Notes under the pieces: model-generated
The model's input: only the letters and a program-made list of their open reading frames with translations
The model's database searches: none
What the model was told of the DNA's origin: nothing
Origin: the human T2T-CHM13v2.0 reference genome, Homo sapiens
Assembly (NCBI RefSeq): GCF_009914755.1
Contig: NC_060937.1
Reading direction: 5' to 3' (one strand)
DNA length: 64,000 bases
Made by a program: the position numbers and the translations under genes
Part shown: positions 26,701 to 40,222 of the stretch, piece after piece
How the letters are laid out: each line of letters opens with the position of its first letter
Position numbering within the stretch: position 1 is the first letter of the stretch

Positions 26701-27919
26701 AATTATGGATATAACTTCTTAGAATAGATGATTTGATTAACTTTCTATTTCTACCTTTTGAGAATAGTAATTTTCATTCCAGTTCTCAATTAGTTAGTTA
26801 GGAGAACATTTTATTTCTCTTCCACTTTTGTAGGAGGGTCAGTTTCATGGGAGAATAGCTTAGTAACCTATTCCCTGAATAATTTACTTAGATATTGGCA
26901 TTTCTTTTGTAAGAGCTGCAATTTGGAATTCTATGAAGGCACCATAAACAAAAAGCAGTAGACAGATGATGTTAGGGTGCTGAGTGAACACTTACTCCCT
27001 ACTTCTATTTTCAGGAAGAGAAACTCCACTAAACTTAATACCTCTGGTCCCTCTCCATGCACCTCACCCACATTTCCCTTTTCTTACTGTAATTCTACAT
27101 AAATCTGTTATGCTGCTTGTTTCATAAGAGTAGATTCTGTCCCTGTGAAGGGAAGTTTCCAGTTGCTTCATAATATCTGTGATTCTGTTGAAAGCCCAAT
27201 CTTTGTGTTCAGTATATAGGAAGCTTGCATACCCAGTATTGTCCTTCAACCTATACTTCATCAACAGTAGCATTCATATTTTATACCTATTATTCTCATC
27301 TTCTATTTGTCTCTTAACTACTCCTTAATTTGAGTAGGAAATATAGTAAATATTTATTTGGTCCTGCTAAAGCCCAATATGGTATTAACATATAGAATTT
27401 TGGGACTTAGTAAAATGTTAGAAGTTTTACTAAGTAATAAACCTCTTATTGAAATGACATCAATTTCATTAGAGAAGAAACGGACAAGTATAATTTGCTA
27501 GCATGTCTTTTATATGTCGGAGTTACCAGAAAATCGGGAACTGTATACATTTTTTCCATGTTATTTCCAGTTTTTTTCTATACTTGTGGTATTTTATTTT
27601 TCTTTAAATTATAGAGGATAGTATCTGTTTTGGGGGAAAGTTGAATTTGGGGGAAGTGCAAAAAAAAACTTTAAAACTATAAAAATGCCCCCCAAATACT
27701 CATAAAAAGAAAGTTTCCTGCTAGAAAATAAAACAAGCAACATGACTGAGGGATATGGAATAATAGCTGACTGGAAATAAGACATATGGTATTAATTTGA
27801 TTTTAACCTCATCTAATATTGTAGAGAGATATATCTGATATTATACAGGGATCATTGTTTCTAGAAATACAAACTTTGCAGAAATACAAATAAATTGTTT
27901 TTAAGTATATTTCTTTACA

Positions 27920-28230
27920 TTTTTCAGCTTTATTGAAATATAATTGACAGATAAAAATTGTATATATTTAAGGTTGTGATATAATATTTTGATATACATA
28001 TACATTATAAAATTGATTTTCACAGCCAAGTTAATTAACGTACACATTGCCTCACATAGTTACCTTTTTGGCTCTCTTCCTTTGTGTGGTAAATGTATTT
28101 AAGCTGTAAAATATTTTAGTGGATTTTGAATATACAATATATTATCATTAAATACAGTTATCATTCTGTGCATTGTATCTCCAGAAATTATTCACTTAAT
28201 ATTGCAAGTTTTTACCCTTTGATCCTTTTC
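27920..28230 (-). mobile_element. L1MA-like 3' end
   Basis: cagctttattgaaatataattgac..aattgtatatatttaagg..cctcacatagttacc..tctccagaaattattca. Confidence 0.85.
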
Positions 28231-28750
28231 ATGTATTTTTTCCTTTGTATCTTTTCCATATATTTATCACAAAACCTATATTTTTCTGACTATATCACTA
28301 TTTAAAAAATGGTAATTGAGGATGAACAATACCTGTTGACTACTAACATGAATACCTAAAGGGAAATTTCTCCCATAGCCAAGATTCATGGGCCCAGGAA
28401 TCGACAGGTAGAATGGGAGTGGTACTCAATATTACCCATAGTTAATGTTACCCACTAGTGGATTTTTTTCTTTCTTTCCTTGTGATCCTAGCTATGCTAG
28501 TATAGAAGTCTTAATTTCAAAGGGAGGAATGCTTGCACTGGGAGATACAATAGTGATTTCATTGAAATAAACTTAAGACTGCCCCCTAGCCACTTTGGGC
28601 TCCTTATGCCTCTGAGTCAACAGATAAGTAAAGGTGTCACCTTACTGACTGGGGTGATTGATCCAAATTATATAGTGATAAATGGATTCCTACTGCACAA
28701 TGGAGATATGCAATAGTATGTCTAAAATAAAGAACATCCCTTAGGGTAGC

Positions 28751-29495
<745 letters not shown>

Positions 29496-29887
29496 GCATC
29501 TATTAGTACAACCATGCCCTGTAAGTAACATCGATGGAAAACTACAAAAAATCAATTTATATTTGACTACTAATGGCCCAAACTCTTCAGGAATGGAGAA
29601 ACGCAACCAGCTGAGGTCCTTACTAAGGACAATGAGAATGGGTAGTAGAAGAAAGTAGCTATAAATAACAGCTACAACCACATAATTAGTTACAGGGAGG
29701 GCTGTAATTATTATGAATATGTGTGTGTATACGTATACAGCAATTATCTTTATTATCTTCCTTCTCTTATCTCTTTATTATATATCATAAGATGTATTAA
29801 CATTATATCATAATATTTAAGTTACAGGACATCAAGGAGAAGAGCAAATATCACCCAGAGACTTAGCATTAACTTCTGGAAAAATGG

Positions 29888-30291
29888 TGTATTAGTCCGT
29901 TCTCCCACAGCTATAACGAAATACCTGAGGCTGGGTAATTTATAAATAAAAGAGGTTTAATTGGCTCATGGTTCCACAGGCTGTACAGGAAGCATGGCAG
30001 CATCTGCTTCTAGGAGGTCTCGGGAAGCTTACAATCATGGTGGGAGGCAAAGGAGGAGCCAGGCACTCCACAGGGCCAGTGCAGGAGGAAGAGAGAGCGG
30101 GGAGGTGCCACATACTTTTAAACAACCAGAACTCACTCACTATTATGAAAGCAGCACCAATGGGGATTGTGTTCTACCATTCATGAGAACTCTGCCCCCA
30201 TGATCAGATCACCTCCCACCAGGCCTCACCTCCAACATTGGGGATTACAATTCAACATGAGATTTGGGTGGGGATACAGGTCCAAACCATA
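29888..30291 (-). mobile_element. MaLR LTR (MSTA-like)
   Basis: tgtattagtccgttctc..ccacaggctgtacaggaagcatgg..tccaaaccata; perfect TSD AATGG (29883-87 / 30292-96). Confidence 0.93.
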
Positions 30292-30429
30292 AATGGTTAG
30301 TGTTCTTTCAGTTGCAAGCAAGATAGTTCTACCATTTTGGTCAAAAGTATTCTTTTGTTAATGTCTTTATTTAGAGATTAGATATGGCTCAAGAAAATAT
30401 ATATAGTGCCATGTTCACATGGGATGGAC

Positions 30430-30901
30430 TGTGAATATTAACTTTATTTGTCAACTTTGCTAGGTCATGGTGCTCAGTTATTTAGTCAAGCACCAGTCTA
30501 GATGTTGCTATGAAAGCATTTTTTACATGTGATTAGGATTCAAGTCAGTAGGCTTTGAGTAAAGCGAATTACCCTCCATAATGTGGGTGGACCTCATCCC
30601 ATCAGTTACAGTTTTTAAGAGAAAAAACCAGGTTACTAAAAAGGAAAGAATTATTCCATTCAACTCTCTTCTGACTTAAGACTACATCATCAACTTTTGC
30701 CAGAATTTTCAGCCTGCTATCTTATCCTTCCTTGAAAACTATAGAAGCCAACTCTCACTATCACATGAGCCAATTTCTTAAAATAAGTCTCTCTTTCTCT
30801 TTCTCTCTCTCTCTGACACACACGCACACACACACACAGACACACACACACACACACACACTCTATTGATGATGTTTCTCTGGATAACCCTGATTAGTAC
30901 A
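30430..30901 (+). mobile_element. MLT2-type 3' LTR of the ERV-L
   Basis: Preceded by PPT-like gggatggac; gattcaagtcagtaggctttgagtaaagc..ccctccataatgtgggtggacctcatcc; internal (CT)n(CA)n; ends ccctgattagtaca. Confidence 0.87.
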
Positions 30902-30919
30902 TAAGGAAATCATTAAGTA

Positions 30920-31151
30920 CAGCTTGAGTGTTCCAAATCTCAAAATTTGAATTCTGAAATGCCTCCAAATCCAAAACTTTTGAGCATCAACATGAGGCTC
31001 AAAAGAAATACTCATTGGAGCATTTCTGATTTAAGATTTTTGAATTTGGAATGGTCAACTACTTCAATGAAAATATTTCAAAACCTGAAAAAGATAAAAA
31101 ATCTGAAACACTTTTGCTACTAAGCATTCTGGATAAGGGATACTAAACCTG
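30920..31151 (+). mobile_element. Tigger4a/MER46-like TcMar DNA transposon
   Basis: TIRs CAGCTTGAGTGTTCC / GGGATACTAAACCTG, TA target duplication on both sides, ctcattggagcatttc core. Confidence 0.88.
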
Positions 31152-31882
31152 TAGTATATTTTAGATAATAGTATCTTTAATCGGTTAATTCAACTGCTTA
31201 AAATGACATAGAATAAGCCCTATATTTCTGCAGGGTATTCAACTGGTGTCTATTAAAAAAATCTAAATTTTTAGAGAGCATTGGGATACTTCATCTAAAT
31301 TCTATGAAGTTTACCAATAGAGGATCAATAGGAACACAGATTAAAATTGATGTTTTCAAAGATAACACAATTGTCACAGATTTGAAATACAAGATTTAAA
31401 GACTTTTAATTTCTTTCTTTCTTGTTTTGTTGTTTCTCATGCCAGGACAAGTTTTTAAAAAGCATTAAGTCATCTTTGGTCAGGCAAGTACTCTTTTCAA
31501 TAGCCGTCTTAAGTGTTCTGTTTGAGCTTGTAGTAATGAGAAAATCCCTACATTACCTCACAAAGCATACATGATTTTTAAATAAGAACCTTCTGACAGT
31601 TCAGGAATTTTAAGCTTAAATTTAAACAAAGATTTAAAAAAAAAAAAAAACTTTTTCACGATTTTGGGAAAGAAAAGCCAGAGTGACCTGATTAAGAGAT
31701 AAATAGATAAATGATTTGCTGCTTTAGTTAAGCCTGTTGAATAGGTATAATTTGAAGAAAAAATAGCATCTTAAAGTCCTTAATATTAGGCACTATGTGT
31801 CTGTTCAGTGTGGTATGATTTATGTGAGGGTTGTTCTTTTGAAAATTTTGTATATTTACAGTCTTTCATTTAGTTTAGGGTG

Positions 31883-32246
31883 TGCTTTGGTTTGAATGTA
31901 TCTCCAAAACTTCATGTATTGGAAACATCCTCAAATTTACATGTTGACTGGGGGTGGAACATTTGCGAGTTAATTAGGATTAGATAAGGCAATCAGAGTG
32001 GACCCCCATGCTGGGACTAGCGGCTTTATAAGAAGAGGAAGAGAGACCTGAGTTGACATGTACTCTCTTGCCTTCTACATTTTGACGTCCTCTGCCATGT
32101 TGTAATAGAGGAAGAAGGCCTCACCAGATGCTGGTGCCATTCTCTTGGCCTTTTCAACCTCCAGAGCTATTAGAAATAAATGTCTTTTCTTTATAAATTA
32201 CCATTCTCAGATATTCAGTTATAGCAACAAAAAATGCACCAAGACA
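31883..32246 (+). mobile_element. MaLR LTR (MSTC/MSTD-like)
   Basis: tgctttggtttgaatg..ataagaagaggaagagagacc..aaataaat..ccaagaca; TSD gggt(g/c). Confidence 0.88.
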
Positions 32247-32429
32247 GGGTCTATGTAAGAAACTCCAATTTAAAAAAGAAAAAGCAAAACTAGAGGCATA
32301 TTAGCAGTATTTTTTTAAACAGGTAGACCAGCTCAATATCATACAAGTTATGCAAATTATTAATTGGTTCACACTTAAAATTTGTCACACAAATACTACA
32401 TAATTAAAATTTTTATCACATGACCTTTT

Positions 32430-33355
32430 CTTTTATAAAATTATTAATAATTTGACATAGATTTACGTGCAGCTGTAATAAATAATATAGATAAATATTT
32501 TGTAGAGTCTATACAGGTTTCTCTAAGGATAATATCTTGCAAACTATAGTGCTGTGAAAGGAAAATATCTTGGGACCCCAAAATCACTAAGCTAAAGGGA
32601 AAATTCAAGCTGAGAACTGCTTAGGGCAAATCTGCCTTCCATTCTATTCAAAGTTATTCCTCTGCTCATGGAGATAAATGTGTATCTGATTGCCTTCTTT
32701 GGAAAGGTGAATCAGAAACTCAAAAGAGTGCAACCGTTTGTCTGTCACCTGTCTGCGACCTGGAAGCCCCCTCCCTGCTTTGAGTCTTCCCGCGTACCAA
32801 ACCAGCGTAATTCTTACATATATTGATTAATGTCTTCTGTTTCCCTAAAATGTATACAACCAAGCTGTGCCCCGACTACCTTGGGCACATGTCCATCAGG
32901 ACTTCCTGAGGCTGTGCCATGGGCACACATCCTCAACCTTGGCAAAATAAACTTTCTAAATTAACTGAGACCTGTCAAATTTTCCGGGTCCACAGTATAA
33001 TATCACAGCCAGAATACTAACATTAAGTCAAGATAAAGAACATTTATATCTCATCATAGACTATTGCCTTTTTATAACTACACTCACTTTACAACAGCCC
33101 TTATCTCCAGGCAACCACTAATCTGTTCTCTATTTCTATAATTTTGTCATTTGAAGAATGCTACATAAATAAAATCAAATAATATGTAAATTGTAGGGAT
33201 TGCCTTTGTCTCACTCACCATGATTATCTGGCAATTCATACATGTGGCTGTGGGAGTGAAAGTCCATAGTATGATGTATTGATTATTGTTTAACCCTTCT
33301 CCTCTAGAAGTACATCTGAGTTGTTTTCAGTGTTTGGCTGTTATAAGTAAAGTTG
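32430..33355 (-). mobile_element. L1MC/MB-like 3' end interrupted by MER4A
   Basis: gcagctgtaataaataatatag..aactatagt | aatatcacagccag..ggcaaccactaatctgttctctatttctataattttgtc. Confidence 0.8.
32553..32994 (+). mobile_element. solo MER4A/MER4A1 LTR (ERV1)
   Basis: TGTGAAAGGAAAATATCTTGGGACCCCAAAATCACTAAGC ... AATAAA ... GGGTCCACA; flanks GTGC/GTAT. Confidence 0.92.
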
Positions 33356-33530
33356 CTGTAGTCCCATCACTTTGGGAGGCCAGGGCCAGGAGTTCAAGAC
33401 CAGCTTGGGCAACATGACCAAACTTGTCTCTACAAAAAAATACCAATATTACATGGATGTGGTGACCCACTCCTGTAGTCCCAGCTACTCAAGAGGCTGA
33501 GGTGGGAGAAACACTTGAGCCCAGGAGGTT
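33355..33530 (+). mobile_element. truncated, internally deleted AluJ
   Basis: cactttgggaggcc-agggccaggagttcaagaccagc..cacttgagcccaggaggtt; 3' end missing. Confidence 0.85.
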
Positions 33531-33712
33531 AATTTATACTTGAATTTTTGTCCTAAATTTGTAGTTGTGTTCACGTTATCTTTTATGAGTATAATATGGA
33601 ATGCTTACTCAATACTAAATTGTGTTTTCTCTATCTTCCATATTGGAATGGAGCATATTTTTGGCAGGATTGTTTAATATCTCCCAACAACATTTTGATA
33701 CGAATGGTAGTC

Positions 33713-35807
33713 TAGCAGTTTCTGAATACAGTGGACCAGTTAAAGGTTTTTGTGGTCACTCAATAGTCCAATAGAGACCTTCAATTATAAAAACTTTCCT
33801 TCTAATACTGTGCCCTTTTGGAAATACTAACCAGATGTATAGCCCTTTCCAAACTTGAAATTTATTATTTGAGTAAGCATGTTTATCCTGGTTTATCAGG
33901 ATCACAATTACTTTTAGTGGTGAACAAATGGAGAAAAGGTGTTTTATTAAATGGCTGGTATCTCTCTGCTGTCATGTTAGAAACAGGTAAGTGAAAATTC
34001 AGCTTCACTGTGCCCCAAAGAAAGTTCACTTCATTTGTATAAATTAGTTTATTATTAAGGAAACTTAGAACAATTCCATTATAAGCAAAAGAGAGACAGG
34101 TGTGTATGGGATGAATATCATTATAGGGAGAAAGTTTAAAAGGAGCTGTAAAGCCCAAAGGAAATGTTGAAAAATGTGAATAAGTGGGAGAACTGAAAGT
34201 ACTTTCCTTCTCTGAAAGCTAGAACCCTGCTTATTTCTCTATCTCCACCCTGTTTTGTTTCTATGTCTCTCTTTTTTTTTTCTCTCTGCCTGAGGCTGAA
34301 CCCTGGGGACTGGAAAGCAAGGGTCTTTTAATGGGAAAATTCTTTCCTTGGAAAATTTCCCTGCAGGGAAGAATGAGAGTTTAATTTCTTTAACAAATGA
34401 TGAATTACTAACTCAGTTTGAGGACATTAGGTTACGTGTTCCATGTCCTAGATTAGATTCCACCTACAAGATTCCTTTCACATATCACACAGCTAGGAAA
34501 GCAGAGATAACAAAATTGCTGGAGCAAGGGATAATTAAAAACCTGTTCAAAGGCAATATTCACTTATAAGTATGTCAGGATGGTAAGTCATTGCATTATA
34601 CTTTTAAAAAATGATAACCAAAAGAGGAGATAGATGGATATATTAAACAGGAGAAACACACACACACACACAGACACACACACACAGTGTCATATAATTC
34701 TGTATTTTTCCTACCAAAATGCAAGGAAGTAAGCTTTTTCAATTTGGATTACCAGTGAATCTGATGCAATTGAGAAGTTATCAGGGACCACCTAGAGTAC
34801 CTGAAATCTTAAGAGGGAATATGCCTTGTTCCTCACCTGATGTCATCAATTTAAGGCTCTTTTCCATGTTTCAAGCAGCACTGCATGAGTTTGCAGAAGT
34901 ACTCCAGAGTGTTTTCAGTGTACAGGCCTACACCTGGTTATACACACCACCTACTGCATGCAATCCTGCTCAACACCTTTCTCATTTATTGAAGCAAACA
35001 CCTTGAAAGCCAACAAAAGAAATCTACCCCATTAGGAGGCCCCATGACCATGAAAGTTTAATTATCCATCAACCGTGACAAGGAAGGTAGGGTTGAGTGC
35101 AAAAAGCCCACCAAGAAAGATTGCCATGGTCAAGCTTTTACTCAACATGTGAACTGGGAAGAGTATGTCGTTGTACCGAGAAATCAAATGAGTTCCCCAC
35201 TACTTTCCAATAGTGGCTTGTTGAACCTTTCTCAAATTTTACAGGAATGAATCTAGCAGTAAATCCAAATCCTTCTGCCAGGGCTAGGCACTGTGGCTCA
35301 CACTTGTAATCTCAGCACTTTGGGAGGCCAATACAGGAGGATCACTTGAGTGTAGGAGTTCAAGACCAGCTGGGGAAACATGAAAAAAACAAAAAAACAA
35401 AAAACAAAAACAAAAAAAAACATTGCTACAAAACTTAGCCAGGCACAGTGGCACAAGCTTGTAGTCCCAGCTACTCAGGTAGCTGAGGCAGGAGGATTGC
35501 TCGAGCCCAGGAAGTTGAGGCTGCAGTGAGCCATGATCATGCCACTGCACCACAGTCAGGGTGACAGAGTGAGACACTGTCTCCAAAATAATACAACTTT
35601 AAAAACCTTCTTGGCAGTTTCTACATAGAGTGGAGCAGGTGAAGGTTTTTGTGGTCACTCAATAGTCAACTAGAGACCCTAAATTATAAAAATTGTCTTG
35701 TTAGCTCTCTTCTCTTTTGGAAATACTAACCACATGGATAGCCTTTCCAGACTCAAAACTTATTATTGATTAAGCCTGTTAATCCTGGTTTAACCACTTT
35801 CTTTTCA
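33713..35807 (+). mobile_element. candidate ancient Ty3/Gypsy-like LTR retrotransposon relic (internally deleted)
   Basis: ~185-bp direct repeats at 33713-33898 and 35612-35796; between them DELLTQFEDI..YKIPF..KAEITKLLEQGIIK (34399-34539) and PVNLMQLRSYQG (34752-34787) resemble Gypsy RT motifs. Confidence 0.55.
35282..35600 (+). mobile_element. AluJ with expanded (AAAAAC)n middle linker
   Basis: J diagnostics (ggaggattgctcgagcccaggaagttgaggctgcagtgagccatgatc); TSD-like aa(t/a)ccttct. Confidence 0.92.
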
Positions 35808-37231
35808 GATCTTTTGCCTACTCTCCTAGCTCAAGTTAGCGAATAAGTGAAAGGTTGGCAAAAACAAAAGTTATTACTGAACAAAATAACTTCTAGTCTG
35901 GCCAACCTATGAAGAAAAAACAAGGAAAATCAACGTGTCAATTTGTAGAAAGCCGGCATTTTGGAAAAGGAATTATAGAAAGAAGATGCAGATGTTTCAG
36001 GAAAAAGGGAATCAGGAAATCCCAGAAAGACAGAACCATACAGTAGGTAATAATTGGGAAATGGGTCAAAATTAACAGTTTGGGGAATATTGGAGGCAAC
36101 AACTGCTAAACCATATGTTTGGATAACTTTTCTCAGGTAATCTTACTTTACCATTCTTGATAGATATTGATACTCCTTATTTTGCCATCCACAGGAAGTT
36201 CTTGCTTTTCCATTTGATGACAAATCAATACAGGCTATTTGTATTTCTGGTTAGTCTTCTACTTATTCCTTCTTCACCATGGTTCCCATAGAGATAGATA
36301 GGTCCTCTGAGAAAGAGACATGCTTTCTAATTTCTGCTGAAGCTTCTGTAAATCCACTGAGGAGAGAACTGCTGTACAAATTAAAAGCTACCATATTCAA
36401 TACTCAGCAAAAAGCATCTATGATGCACCAGGTATGTAAGGCTTGATTTGGTTCCTGTGTGCTTTCTTTGAGAAAAGGAGATTAGAAGAAAGGGGAAATC
36501 TCACTCCTTTCTGGGATGCACTCTGAGCTGAAACAAATTGATGCATTATTTTTGGCCCTAGGGCATAATAATATAGGTTTAATCACAGATGTTGAGCCAA
36601 TAAAATAGCTTATCAAAAGGATAAGCTGTGGCCATGTGTAAATAATATCCTTTAACAAGAGCTCAATTAGAGGAAAAAAACAGTTATAAAAGAATTTGAT
36701 GTACAAGGGATACAAAAAAGTAAATAAATTTGCAAGTCATTTAAATCGTTTCTTTAATCCATATAAATTTGTGCTTTTCAATTCTTCTTTGAATACCTTA
36801 TACCATCTGTCTGGCTCATTCACATCATATTAATTAAATAAAATCTTTAACTTGTTCACTTTCTTGATTTTACCCTTTTCTGAAAGTTATCTTTTAAGAA
36901 TTTTGGAGGTTTTCAACTGAGATGCCCCATGGATTCACCTACCAGAGCCTGATAAATTTTGTCATCAGAGAAGTACACCTTCTGTTAGGTGCAAACCTAG
37001 GTGTATCCTTGCTTGGTTTCCAGAGGGGAATTCGAAGTAGCAATAGGATTGTGCTGCTTCACTGTTTTTCACATTTAAAATTTTCAGTCCACTAATTTTG
37101 TTTCTGTTTTGAAAAAATTCAGTAAATTATTTCCCATTGACAAGTTCTGTGGTTTAATGATTTCTGAAGATAGATTGTATCGGTTGTTTAGAGAGGTCAA
37201 TTCTCTATTGGGTGACAGATGATGGAAAAAC

Positions 37232-37268
37232 TTTTGTTGTTGTTGTTGTTGTTGTTGCTGTTGCTGTT
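37232..37268. repeat. (TTG)n microsatellite
   Basis: ttgttgttg... seen directly. Confidence 0.95.
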
Positions 37269-37499
37269 AATTTTTCTATTTGTCTCTTTTTAACTCAAAT
37301 CAATTAAAAATGTCATACCCGTAGAGAAGCGACATTTGGACTTAAATACAAGAGAAGTGGTTTAAACACAACAATAGACACTTATTGTCTCTTGTAGTTT
37401 ATAAATAGATGTTAACTATGACTTGAAGAACTGGACAATAAATTGATGAACACCAAAGTTTCACAGAGGTAGAAATTCTATGAAGTTACTCTCACCCAT

Positions 37500-38030
37500 A
37501 GAACTTGAGGAACCCCCAAAAAGGCAAGGATTGTTACAAATATAGGAGAAGGGAGGAGGGGTTAAGTGGAGAAACATAGCTTTAGGAGAAGAGAGTGTTG
37601 CTAGGCTGAAGTTAGTGACTGTAAGCTTGAAAGAGGGCTCTGCAGAGATGAGACTCAAACTCTGAGTTTGACTACTAATTTTCTGACACTGGTGTTCCTT
37701 GGGGACATGACAATGCTGGTTTGGCTATTGTTAAAAAAAAATTGCAAAAAGCATTCAACAGCTGATACTGGAACTAACTGCCATTTTCACAATGAAAAAA
37801 TAAGTATTTCTGAGAGATGCTGACAGAAACTTGCAGTAGAGAACCAACAGAATGAAACAACCTCTTCTTCCTTCAGCCTTTTAATCTCTTTCTAGGGAAT
37901 CTTATTGCAGAACCTAGCACAGAACCTACTTACGAAGCTTAAAGTTTTTGCAGTTGTTCTAGCCAAACATCATAAAAGAGGGTACAGTTAAAATGAATTC
38001 GTAGCTGAGAGACACTACATCAATAACTGG
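37500..38030 (-). mobile_element. old ERVL-class LTR (LTR16/33/41-like), boundaries uncertain
   Basis: cttcttccttcagccttttaatctctt..cttattgcagaacctagc resembles a shared ERVL LTR motif. Confidence 0.4.
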
Positions 38031-38419
38031 CACAGTTGTATTCATGAAAATATTGAACATAGACTGAAATTGTGTCAGGTACAAGTTGCCTGAGCTTGAC
38101 ATTGATCCCCTTCTTATATAGAACCCGCTGAAATCTCCCTTTGCCCTGTCCCATCCAAAGGGATTTCTTTTTATGAAAAATCCCTGATTTTCACCTTGTG
38201 AAATTGCCAAGGTGAAAATTTCATTGTCAAGGCCCTGAAATTCTGTATTGACAAGTCACTCCACCTCATCTTGCAATACTGTTTAAAAAAATCTTTTTAC
38301 TTACTCTAGAGATGGCATATATGTATTTCAATGTATTTGTTTTTTCAAACAGAAGCCATAAATCCATTCGAGTGGCTTTTGCTTTCTCTCCTATTACAGC
38401 TGTCTTCTGAACAATGAAA

Positions 38420-38625
38420 CACTGCTTTTACCCTATCCAGCTGTGTAAACTTGGGAAGATAGCCTAGCTCTATTTGTACCCCATTTTAGCACATTATACT
38501 GGGAATAATATTTCTAACTCATAGGATTTTCAGGTGGATTAAATAAATCAATGTGAACATATTAAGAGAGTATCTGGCATAGACTAACCATAATATATCA
38601 TTATCATTATTGACTTTATTACTAT
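38420..38625 (+). mobile_element. MIR SINE
   Basis: ccagctgtgtaaacttggg..ctcataggatt..ggattaaataaat..tatctggcatag. Confidence 0.75.
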
Positions 38626-40222
38626 AATAAAACTGTTATTATCACGAATGGGAGTAGTATGAAACAAATTTAGCAAAATTTATCCAAATTCCATAATTTA
38701 TTTGCAAAATATACAACCACAAATTAATATGGCTGACATATGTAGGGAAACTAAAGTTGAAAAACTATACTGTGACAATTATAGAAAAGCAGTCAAGGTA
38801 TTTTACACCAAATAAAGCTTTGTAACTGAATTATCCATATAATTGTGTCAATTCTCCAATTTATTTTCTCAGTTTAGTCCTTATCTCAAGTAATAACTTC
38901 ATTGACTCAATAATTTGATTTAATAATAAAATAAAAATATCACTAGGATTTAACATAGATAGCCGTCTTTACAATGCTTCAGAAAACCATTTAGTCTTCA
39001 GTGAACAGAAAACATGATGCCATGTTACATTTAAATCTATATTTTAAAATATTCACATGAAAATCACTTTTGGCAATTGGATTTTGAATTGAGCAGAGTA
39101 CATCATTTATATCACACATGCATGTAATCATTCATTGACTTAATATGCATTATAGGAGAGCCATCAAGGAAAATAGTACATTGCTATTAGAACATGAAAT
39201 CACATAAAAGATGAATGACAAGAAAATAACCATAATTGTATTGATTCTCCACACGGGAGGGAGCTTGGCTCAAACAGGAAACTCTATAAGCACATTTCAA
39301 ATGCATCATATTATTAACAAGTTATATGACATATATTTTTAATTTAAAATGTTCAGTTATGAGAAACAAGCCATTTAAGAACACTGAAGTGCCTTACAGT
39401 GCTTTTCAAATGTGAAATTTCTATATATTATAAAACTGGGTTGTTGAAAATAAATGCATTTATATGTGGATAATGGAGTTTATAAAAATGCCGATGATAT
39501 TTGCATTTCAATCCCTAACCCCACTCCTACCCCAACAAGCAGGCACATACTTACAAATTAGTAAGTGTGTGCATGGAGGAATGGAAGTAAGAGAAAGCTT
39601 TCCCTTCTCATCAAATTTGGCAGTTAACACTCAACCAGATACCTTTTATTTTTGAAAATGGTTTGGTCGTTTTTATTATTTCTGTACTGGAGGATTCTAA
39701 GGTGAAGTATTGGAGTGGCCAGTAGAAATAACTTACAATGAAACAAGATTAGGAATAACAAAGGAAGAAAAAAGTTTGTAGTACACCCATGAAGTATTCT
39801 TGAGCTTGTTCAGAGGCGAGAAAGATGGCTTGCTTGAGAGAGAAACTATTATTAAGATCCATGCCAGAATTCCAAAATGGAATGCAATTTATACTCCCAG
39901 AATTTTATAATATGATAGAAGTCAGAGATAAGAAGATATGGAGCCTATTTTCTTATGATGCTATTGAGAAATGTGAAGTTGAGATTTGCCTTAAAATCAT
40001 CCAGCTAGTGTTAGCAAAAGAACTTGAACTCAGACATCCTCACACCAGAATAAGTATTCACTTTCCTCTTGAAAGTCAGAGAATATCTTATTGAGGACTG
40101 AAAATTATTAGTAATTTATACATCGTATTTCTTACTAGGAGAAATCTGTCTCATTAGGAATGGGCATGAACCAGAGAGTTAATTAAAACTGAAGAGCATA
40201 TGATGGAGATTAGATAAGAAAA

